A stretch of 64,000 nucleotides of DNA from a virus: positions 1 to 64,000 of the IMG/VR virus record IMGVR_UViG_3300023172_000016. One strand, 5' to 3'. This document shows, in pieces, positions 29,989 to 36,040 of the stretch. The translations under genes were made by a program, and so were the position numbers. Below the pieces are notes generated by a model. It was not told the DNA's origin and did not search any database. It saw only the letters and a list, made by a program, of their open reading frames with translations. How positions within the stretch are numbered: the first letter of the stretch is position 1; every line of letters begins with the position of its first letter.

Positions 29989-30564
29989 CTATATAACCAC
30001 ATTAAGAGACCTGTTGAAAATATATCCCCATATTCTTTCCATCACACAGGGAAAATCATCGTACTCCTCATGCATTTCCATAAGTCTTTCGTAAAATTCC
30101 TTAGACCTAGATTTTATTGAAGATGCAGGAACAACAAACTGAGCTCCAGCAAAAAAGGAATAAAAACCCAATCTAAAACCAAAGATTCTTTTGAAGTATT
30201 CGTCGAGTCTCAGACCTACGTGATCCGGCCATCCATTCCCGGCAGAACCGAAAAAATATCTACCGAAGGGATTGAAATATATAAAATCCTTTCCAGAATT
30301 TTCTTGCTGAACTATCTCTTCAAAGATTGTGTCATGGTTTGCGTGATCGAACGGATTTCCTTGAAGAAAACAATAATTTCCATCTAACCTTTCATAATTT
30401 TCGACTATAAAGGAAATGTATGTATAGGACTCTCTTCCTATATTTGGCATGAATTTGTTGTTTAGGAACTCTGAATTTTCTTCTTTCTTTATAACAAAAA
30501 CTTCCCCAGGCAGGTCTCTTGACCAACTCACATCTTCCAAATATTGGGCTATTACATATTTCAT
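29989..30564 (-). CDS. DUF3431-like protein
   Basis: VIAQY.ED.SW, PNIGRESYTY, FLQGNPFDH, GAQFVV, ERIW. Confidence 0.7.
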   Translation of the reverse strand: MKYVIAQYLEDVSWSRDLPGEVFVIKKEENSEFLNNKFMPNIGRESYTYISFIVENYERLDGNYCFLQGNPFDHANHDTIFEEIVQQENSGKDFIYFNPFGRYFFGSAGNGWPDHVGLRLDEYFKRIFGFRLGFYSFFAGAQFVVPASSIKSRSKEFYERLMEMHEEYDDFPCVMERIWGYIFNRSLNVVI

Positions 30565-30586
30565 ATTGTATTTATTTATTTATTTG

Positions 30587-30659
30587 CACGCCAGGTAGGA
30601 TTCGAACCGGCGAATAGCGGTTTTGCAGACAGATCCATTAACCACTTGGGTACCTCGCC
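30587..30659 (-). pseudogene. Chimeric pseudo-tRNA (Cys-like 5' part with GCA anticodon, tRNA-Trp 3' end)
   Basis: Acceptor, anticodon and T stems mostly mismatched; 3' 14 nt identical to the tRNA-Trp 3' end at 31306-31319. Confidence 0.7.
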
Positions 30660-30660
30660 A

Positions 30661-31290
30661 TTATTTTATCCATCTATGATAATCCATATTTTGCATTTGG
30701 ATATCACTAAACCCAACTCTCTGAAATGCAATTGATGGAGAAAAGCAATATGCCTTACATCCCTTTTGTAAATCAGTAAGCATCACATCCAATGGTGCAT
30801 TCTTTTTAGATATCCGATCCAGAAAATTTCTAAAGAATTTACTGTTAATGCCAACAGCGTGAGTTGAGAATGTGTGATGCACTTGAACTAAATTCTCAGA
30901 TACCTGGATTGGAGCCTTAGCCCCTTTATGAGAGTTGTGATTACCACCAAAATATAAAAGGTCCCAGTCACCCGGAATTTGTTGACTCAATTCACTGAAA
31001 GACTCAATCTCTGGTGTAAAGTAGCAGTCATCCTCAAGGATTAATAGATTACCAGAGTTTCCTTCTATACATTTTTCGACTATATCAATGTTGGAAAGGA
31101 CCAGACCCAGCTCGGATGTTTTAATCGAGGTTTCTTTTGGATTTAGTTTCTTTCCGTCATAAGCAGAAAACCGCTGGACATTTTCTATATCCCATTTTTC
31201 GAACTCCAAAAGAGATTCTTCCCACTTGTCCATCCTCCTATCTAAATTGACACAAAATATGGATTCAAAGAAACTATTAATACCGGACAT
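30661..31290 (-). CDS. Glycosyltransferase family 25-like
   Basis: CVNLDRRMDKW, RFSAYDG, LILEDD, DWDLLYFG. Confidence 0.8.
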   Translation of the reverse strand: MSGINSFFESIFCVNLDRRMDKWEESLLEFEKWDIENVQRFSAYDGKKLNPKETSIKTSELGLVLSNIDIVEKCIEGNSGNLLILEDDCYFTPEIESFSELSQQIPGDWDLLYFGGNHNSHKGAKAPIQVSENLVQVHHTFSTHAVGINSKFFRNFLDRISKKNAPLDVMLTDLQKGCKAYCFSPSIAFQRVGFSDIQMQNMDYHRWIK

Positions 31291-31306
31291 ATGTTATTTA
31301 TCTTAG

Positions 31307-31379
31307 CACGCCAGGTAGGGCTCGAACCCACGGCCCTCGGTTTTGGAGACCGATGCTCTACCAACTGAGCTACTGGCGT
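31307..31379 (-). tRNA. tRNA-Trp(CCA)
   Basis: ACGCCAG/CTGGCGT, loop CTCCAAA. Confidence 0.93.
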
Positions 31380-31385
31380 AAATTG

Positions 31386-31468
31386 TTGGCAGGGACGGAT
31401 TCGAACCGCCGTACTCCGAAGAGAGCAGATTTACAGTCTGCCGCCTTTAACCACTCGGCCACCTACCA
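31386..31468 (-). tRNA. tRNA-Tyr(GTA)
   Basis: Loop CTGTAAA, long variable arm, TGGTAGG/CCTGCCA acceptor. Confidence 0.9.
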
Positions 31469-31479
31469 ATTTTGTACCC

Positions 31480-32160
31480 CTATTTCTTTCTAATTACCAG
31501 TTTAATATTCGGACCAGCGACGTAATGATCACCTAATATCTCCCATTCAGATTCTGGAAATTTACAATAGTGATAAATCATAGAACCCTTTCCCAATATT
31601 TCCTGACTTACTGTGTATTCATCAGTTTTAACAAATTCACCGTTGGAAAAGATGTTCCAGTAAATAATGGTGCCCTGCATGAAATTATCATCTACTGCAA
31701 TATAGGATCCGCTTTTCATTTTATCCTTAATTGCCAAAAACTCTAAAAATCCATGGAGCATTGAAGGTTCAGGGTTATAGATGTCCAGATCCCACGAATC
31801 AAGATGTACAAGATCTGGGGAACCTTCAAATTCCCTTAAAAACTTAACAGAATCCATCTTATAATGGTGAGAATTGTTAAATTCCGGTAAGGTCTCTTTT
31901 AAAAGCGATTCACTTCTTTCTGAGATCTCCTGATCTATATCAACTGAGTGGAATTCCCCTCCGTTCTCAAATGCCAAATGAGCAAAAAGAAAACCGAAGC
32001 ATCCATCTTCTAAATTCTGACTAGCTCCAGTTTCTATTACACGAAGATTATCTACCGTATGTAGATCAATCAGGTTAGAAATAACTTGAGCCTGACCTAT
32101 CCTATAGGAAGGTGGTGAAATGGAATTAAAGAATTCCAAAGATTTTTCCCAATTTTTCAT
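31480..32160 (-). CDS. Class I SAM-dependent methyltransferase-like protein
   Basis: VIETGAS, SVDID, DSVKFL, DLVHLDSWD, IAVDDN. Confidence 0.7.
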   Translation of the reverse strand: MKNWEKSLEFFNSISPPSYRIGQAQVISNLIDLHTVDNLRVIETGASQNLEDGCFGFLFAHLAFENGGEFHSVDIDQEISERSESLLKETLPEFNNSHHYKMDSVKFLREFEGSPDLVHLDSWDLDIYNPEPSMLHGFLEFLAIKDKMKSGSYIAVDDNFMQGTIIYWNIFSNGEFVKTDEYTVSQEILGKGSMIYHYCKFPESEWEILGDHYVAGPNIKLVIRKK

Positions 32161-32174
32161 AATATCCGTATTTG

Positions 32175-32275
32175 TAATCGCGATTGGATTCGAACCAATT
32201 CCAGCTTTTCCATTCAGAGTCAGCCTTACTGTTACTCAACCTTGGGAGGTGCTTCCAACCAATGGACTCGCGATT
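32175..32275 (-). ncRNA. tRNA-like RNA with acceptor stem and T arm but no D or anticodon arm
   Basis: AATCGCG/CGCGATT 7-bp stem, ATTGG-TTCGAAT-CCAAT T arm; TAACTTTG box at 32292-32299. Confidence 0.75.
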
Positions 32276-32332
32276 GTTTTTTATTACTTAGCAAAGTTAA
32301 GCGAATGTGCCGCTAAATAAAAATAGCTTTCC

Positions 32333-32521
32333 TTATTTCTTAAGGACTTTCTTAGATCTCTCTGCTAACCAGACAGCTCCACTTTTTTTGAATTCCTTCC
32401 AGTTATCAAAATCCCGTAGATCCTGTATAACCTCATCTGGAATAAGTGTGAATCCCTCAGGTGCTATGCCCTGATATTTGTAATACACAGAATTCTCGAT
32501 TTTTTCTTGTATGTCTGACAA
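32333..32521 (-). CDS. Hypothetical protein
   Basis: 62-aa ORF within the tRNA region. Confidence 0.45.
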   Translation of the reverse strand: MSDIQEKIENSVYYKYQGIAPEGFTLIPDEVIQDLRDFDNWKEFKKSGAVWLAERSKKVLKK

Positions 32522-32542
32522 TGTATCGTGGGTTATTTTTAG

Positions 32543-32618
32543 AGCCGAAGGCAGGAATCGAACCTATCGCGTCAAGACCAGTTTTGGCTGGCTTGCTCTG
32601 CCACTGAGCTACTCCGAC
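32543..32618 (-). tRNA. Atypical tRNA, anticodon undetermined
   Basis: Canonical TAGCTCAGTGGCAGAGC D arm and GGTTCGATTCC, but anticodon arm GCCAG-CCAAAA-CTGGT has a 6-nt loop without U33. Confidence 0.6.
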
Positions 32619-32620
32619 TT

Positions 32621-32696
<76 letters not shown>

Positions 32697-32701
32697 TTTT
32701 G

Positions 32702-32775
32702 CTCCCCCACCTGGGCTCGAACCAGGGACCTATTGATTAACAGTCAACCGCTCTAACCAACTGAGCTATGGAGGA
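32702..32775 (-). tRNA. tRNA-Asn(GTT)
   Basis: TCCTCCA/TGGGGGA, loop CTGTTAA. Confidence 0.95.
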
Positions 32776-32819
32776 ATAGAAAGGTCCGGGCCCAAAAATA
32801 GCCCTTTTGAAGACCTTAG

Positions 32820-32892
32820 TTGCGGGAGAAGGATTCGAACCTCCGACCTCCAGGTTATGAGCCTGGCGAGCTACCTCTGCTACCATCCCGCG
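32820..32892 (-). tRNA. Initiator tRNA-fMet(CAT)
   Basis: CGCGGGA with C1:A72 mismatch, loop CTCATAA. Confidence 0.9.
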
Positions 32893-32901
32893 ATATAATT
32901 A

Positions 32902-33006
32902 AAGGAAGGGGAATCTGGCGAGTACTTGTATTTGCCCGTTTCACACCGGTACCAAGCCTCCCGTCTTTTTCCAAATCCTTGCCTCTGTGAATAAGCACCC
33001 TTCCTT
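32902..33006 (-). ncRNA. Unknown structured spacer RNA (about 105 nt)
   Basis: Terminal stem AAGGAAGGG/CCCTTCCTT, inner stem GGATTTGG/CCAGATTC, fills the Gln-fMet spacer. Confidence 0.5.
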
Positions 33007-33008
33007 AG

Positions 33009-33080
33009 TTGCCCCTGCTGGACTCGAACCAACACTGACGGAACCAAAATCCGCTGTCCTGCCAATTAGACGAAAGGGCA
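33009..33080 (-). tRNA. tRNA-Gln(TTG)
   Basis: TGCCCTT/AGGGGCA, loop TTTTGGT. Confidence 0.92.
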
Positions 33081-33086
33081 AGATTG

Positions 33087-33160
33087 TGGGCCCAGCAGGG
33101 CTCGAACCTGCGACCTACTGATTATGAGTCAGTTGCTCTAACCAACTGAGCTATGAGCCC
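33087..33160 (-). tRNA. tRNA with CAT anticodon, probably Ile2 (lysidine type)
   Basis: GGGCTCA/TGGGCCC acceptor typical of tRNA-Ile, loop CTCATAA; elongator Met not excluded. Confidence 0.8.
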
Positions 33161-33166
33161 AGAAAA

Positions 33167-33219
33167 CAGGATGCTTTTTTTGAATATTTGCTGTATCAAA
33201 AAGTTGCTGTATGCATCCT
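33167..33219 (-). ncRNA. UACAGCAA-motif small RNA, copy C
   Basis: AGGATGC-ATACAGCAA...GCATCCTG, same architecture as 35788-35971 and 35976-36033. Confidence 0.7.
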
Positions 33220-33224
33220 TTTAG

Positions 33225-33306
33225 TACCGAGGGTCGGACTCGAACCGACACACCGTAAGGCGCTAGATCCTAAGTCTAGTGCGTCTACCAATTTCGCCAC
33301 CCCGGC
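33225..33306 (-). tRNA. tRNA-Leu(TAG)
   Basis: Loop CTTAGGA, long variable arm. Confidence 0.93.
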
Positions 33307-33310
33307 ATTT

Positions 33311-33375
33311 GCAGGATATCGCTTAACCTGCGGTGAGTGTTCCTTTCACCTTGTTCCCTTTCGGTACTACGATTT
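33311..33375 (-). ncRNA. Unknown spacer RNA with loop-E/GNRA hairpin
   Basis: ATCGT-AGTACC-GAAA-GGGAAC-AA-GGTGA..TCACC-...GCGAT. Confidence 0.45.
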
Positions 33376-33378
33376 TTT

Positions 33379-33466
33379 TGGCGGAGAGGGAGGGATTCGA
33401 ACCCCCGGTACGTTGCCGTACGCCAGTTTTCAAGACTGGAGCATTCGACCACTCTGCCACCTCTCC
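33379..33466 (-). tRNA. tRNA-Ser(TGA), CCA encoded
   Basis: GGAGAGG/CCTCTCC, loop CTTGAAA, long variable arm. Confidence 0.95.
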
Positions 33467-33469
33467 ATG

Positions 33470-33554
33470 TTCGGTTTTGTTCCACATTAGCCCTACCACA
33501 CAGTGGACATGGGTAGGATTTTGACTAAGGTGCTCCTAAGAGCTTTACACCGAA
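33470..33554 (-). ncRNA. Unknown structured spacer RNA, possible pseudoknot
   Basis: TTCGGT/ACCGAA closing stem, GCTC-TTAG-GAGC, CCTACC/GGTAGG, loop TCCAC complementary to downstream GTGGA. Confidence 0.45.
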
Positions 33555-33565
33555 AACCTGATCAG

Positions 33566-33638
33566 AGCCACTGGAGGGACTTGAACCCCCGACAGGCTGA
33601 TTACAAATCAGCTACTCTACCAGCTGAGTTACAACGGC
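33566..33638 (-). tRNA. tRNA-Thr(TGT)
   Basis: GCCGTTG/CAGTGGC, loop TTTGTAA. Confidence 0.92.
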
Positions 33639-33654
33639 TTTTAGGCATTTTCCA

Positions 33655-33670
33655 ACATGTCAAAGAACTG
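33655..33670 (-). promoter_or_regulatory. boxA-like antitermination site
   Basis: CAGTTCTTTGACATGT just upstream of the first tRNA of the array, resembling rrn boxA. Confidence 0.55.
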
Positions 33671-33760
33671 TTTGATTATTTGTCTTTTTTACATCCTGTA
33701 GGATATTATGTTTCCATACAAAAACACAAATAATTACATTTTTTCTCCTCTCAGAGTTTG

Positions 33761-34197
33761 TGGAGCTGGTGGGATTCGAACCCACGTCCAGCTAGGCACA
33801 CCCAGAGAATCTCATTCACAGGCTTATCTAGTTTTTATAAACTAGCAAATCTTTGTCACTTATTTTTTTGGACTGAGATGAGTGACGATACTCAGCGGAA
33901 GACGCTAACAGCGATCTTAAGGGTATTGGACAGTAGTCCTCAGGGTTACTGATCGACTTCCTATTGTGGGTACTTCTAACCCTTATTCCCCGATGTAACT
34001 TTCTGTTCCTAGGCAGTTACCGCCCAATGCTTAGGCTGCAAGAGCAACTTCAGCTGTTTCAACAGAACCTAGTCCTGCCAAAACGAAAAATGGATTTTCG
34101 CCATTTGAAGTGTTACATAGGTTATTAAAGAGTTTCCAATGCTAACTCTGCCTGCAATTCAAAGAACGTTCGCCTCCTGTCGATTCCATTCAGCCCC
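33761..34197 (-). ncRNA. ssrA: tmRNA
   Basis: 5' GGGGCTGAATGGAATCGAC, 3' GGACGTGGGTTCGAATCCCACCAGCTCCA with G3.U pair; tag frame 34031-34102 encodes GENPFFVLAGLGSVETAEVALAA*. Confidence 0.95.
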
Positions 34198-34209
34198 ATT
34201 TCTGTTCAG

Positions 34210-34217
34210 CAAATTTA
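34210..34217 (-). promoter_or_regulatory. Bacteroidota-type -7 promoter box (TAnnTTTG)
   Basis: TAAATTTG 13 nt upstream of the tmRNA; other copies at 34450-34457, 32292-32299, 29078-29085, 37831-37838, 1863-1870. Confidence 0.55.
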
Positions 34218-34249
34218 ATCTTTGTAAGGGATTAAAAAAACTGAGATAT

Positions 34250-34285
34250 AAAAAAACCCAAATCTTTTGAGAGATTTGGGTTTAG
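34250..34285 (-). terminator. Intrinsic terminator, probable attenuator
   Basis: AAACCCAAATCT-CTCAAA-AGATTTGGGTTT plus T run; 5' arm also complementary to 34315-34325. Confidence 0.8.
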
Positions 34286-34310
34286 ATATATCTAGACTTC
34301 TTCTAAGTGA

Positions 34311-34391
34311 TCACCTAAACCCAAAGTGATCCTTGCCTGTTGGGTAAAATCCCAGCGTCCAGATGCACGATATTTGATTTAAATGTTTCAT
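34311..34391 (-). CDS. Putative leader peptide MKHLNQISCIWTLGFYPTGKDHFGFR (26 aa, not in ORF track)
   Basis: ATG...TGA frame, 27 codons; last codons overlap the antiterminator strand; promoter boxes at 34414-34421 and 34450-34457. Confidence 0.65.
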   Translation of the reverse strand: MKHLNQISCIWTLGFYPTGKDHFGFR

Positions 34392-34486
34392 TATAGATGA
34401 AGATTACGGTTATTATATATCAAATCAACAAAAAGTTTCTTTTGCAATGCAAATGTAATATCTTTTTCCACCATAAAAAATGAGCT

Positions 34487-35569
34487 CTAAGATTTAACAA
34501 AATTCCTAATCCTCGAAAGGTACTCTAATTGATTACCCTTAACTACATAAGAATCTCCAACTGAAATGTCTTCAGAGGATATTGTATAATCGATAATATA
34601 ATCCTCAGCTTCATCTAATACTACTCTTTCCCAAGACCATTCACCCCTATTTAATATATAATTTGAATGTAGATCCAATCCAGATCCCTTAATACTTATC
34701 CTAAATTCAGCTTTTTGGAAAGGTGAGGTTGTCTTTAAATTTACAAACAATCTTACCGAACTAAGATCTTGCTGGTCAACAAAAAGAGAGCAAGTTGAAT
34801 TTGTATATAACATAAAATCACTCTTACTCCACTGCCACTTGTGAGTATCCCAATTTAATTTAACTTCTCCACCGAAAAATTGGTTTAGATCATTTCTTGT
34901 CTTTACAATAGATTTAGTTCTCGACTCAATCTCGCACAGGAAATCTTCAAAGACGTAGTTTGGGAATTTTTCTATGAAGTCCCTATTAGTATCATATCTT
35001 CCAAAAGGAAGAGTTAAGTATGTACCCAGATCCAATCTTATAATGAACAAATGTCCGTGGAGCCAGGGTGAATTCGGAACACGGTAGAAAAGCGATGACC
35101 TTCCAAGGGAGTTAAGTTCGGTGCAAAGTGAATTAATTTTTATGTCAAACTCTTTAGGGAATATAAAGTCCGCCTCCATATAAACCACAAAATCATGCTT
35201 TCTAGAGAATGCAGAACCTATTGCTGGCATTAAAAGGTTCACAATGGCCGGAGTATAGCCTATCCATCCCTTATAATCCCGGTAAGCTATATCTCCTGTG
35301 TTTATCCAATTAAAATTTGGTAAAGAATTCACATTTTTCAATATAGCTGGATCTAATATATCGGAATCCTTATACGAAATCTCATTCTTAGAATTGTAAA
35401 GATAGAGGTCTACAATATCCTTAATTTCTTGGGAACAATCTAAATGACTGATGAGCGTAACATACCCGCCTAATGACTTTATAGATCCAATGATTTCTAG
35501 AAGATCCTTCTTCTTTTCTGGAGAATCCGGGAATGCTGAGATTATAAAATTGCAATCAAAGTCTATCAT
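34487..35569 (-). CDS. Hypothetical protein, glycosyltransferase-related
   Basis: 360-aa ORF with LISH, YNSKN, YMEAD (DxD-like). Confidence 0.5.
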   Translation of the reverse strand: MIDFDCNFIISAFPDSPEKKKDLLEIIGSIKSLGGYVTLISHLDCSQEIKDIVDLYLYNSKNEISYKDSDILDPAILKNVNSLPNFNWINTGDIAYRDYKGWIGYTPAIVNLLMPAIGSAFSRKHDFVVYMEADFIFPKEFDIKINSLCTELNSLGRSSLFYRVPNSPWLHGHLFIIRLDLGTYLTLPFGRYDTNRDFIEKFPNYVFEDFLCEIESRTKSIVKTRNDLNQFFGGEVKLNWDTHKWQWSKSDFMLYTNSTCSLFVDQQDLSSVRLFVNLKTTSPFQKAEFRISIKGSGLDLHSNYILNRGEWSWERVVLDEAEDYIIDYTISSEDISVGDSYVVKGNQLEYLSRIRNFVKS

Positions 35570-35747
35570 GATCTAAATCATTTCTTTGGGATATTTCTGG
35601 GAATGCTTGTCGAAGATTTCAACCCTAGGTCCTTCTATGAAATTAACCTCGACTTTTATATTTTCAAAATCCTCCATTTATTTTTCTAACATCATCTTTT
35701 GTAAGTTGCTCAGCAATCTTTTTAGTCTAATAGTCAAGGTTGTTTCC

Positions 35748-35782
35748 AAAAAAAATCCCCAAATCATAAGAAATGGGGATTT
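35748..35782 (-). terminator. Intrinsic terminator closing the DUF2828/small-RNA unit
   Basis: AAATCCCCA...TGGGGATTT followed by a T run. Confidence 0.75.
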
Positions 35783-35787
35783 AAAAA

Positions 35788-35971
35788 CAGGATCGTGATT
35801 AGTATTATTCGGCTCTGCAGCTATATCTCTCTTTACGCCAATGAGAAGTTGACGTCGTGATTTTAGTTTTGAACCAGGTCACTGATCTCCGGGTCTCGTT
35901 AGAGAGTAAGCTTGCGCTGTACTACAACTAACTCTTCATCTAGTATAGAATAGGTTTGCTGTACCGATCCT
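35788..35971 (-). ncRNA. UACAGCAA-motif RNA, copy B (184 nt)
   Basis: AGGATCG-GTACAGCAA...CGATCCTG terminal stem around a long insert. Confidence 0.7.
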
Positions 35972-35975
35972 TTCA

Positions 35976-36033
35976 CAGGTTTCTTTTTATATAACACTTA
36001 TTGGATAGTATAAAAAATTGCTGTAAGAAACCT
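35976..36033 (-). ncRNA. UACAGCAA-motif small RNA, copy A (58 nt)
   Basis: AGGTTTC-TTACAGCAA-TTTTTTATA...TATAAAAA-GAAACCTG. Confidence 0.7.
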
Positions 36034-36040
36034 AATATTT

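Noticed and set aside
33311-33375. True rRNA gene or bacterial contamination
   Set aside because: The similarity covers only about 30 nt between two phage tRNAs; it is reported as a possible mimic instead.
32880-33952. ORF-track entries at 32880-33065, 33188-33490, 33285-33485, 33333-33524, 33503-33733 and 33758-33952
   Set aside because: They overlap tRNA and tmRNA genes and are chance frames.
35800-35950. Hammerhead ribozyme inside RNA copy B (CTAGATGAAGAG)
   Set aside because: There is no exact CUGAUGA core and no properly placed GAAA/NUH stems.
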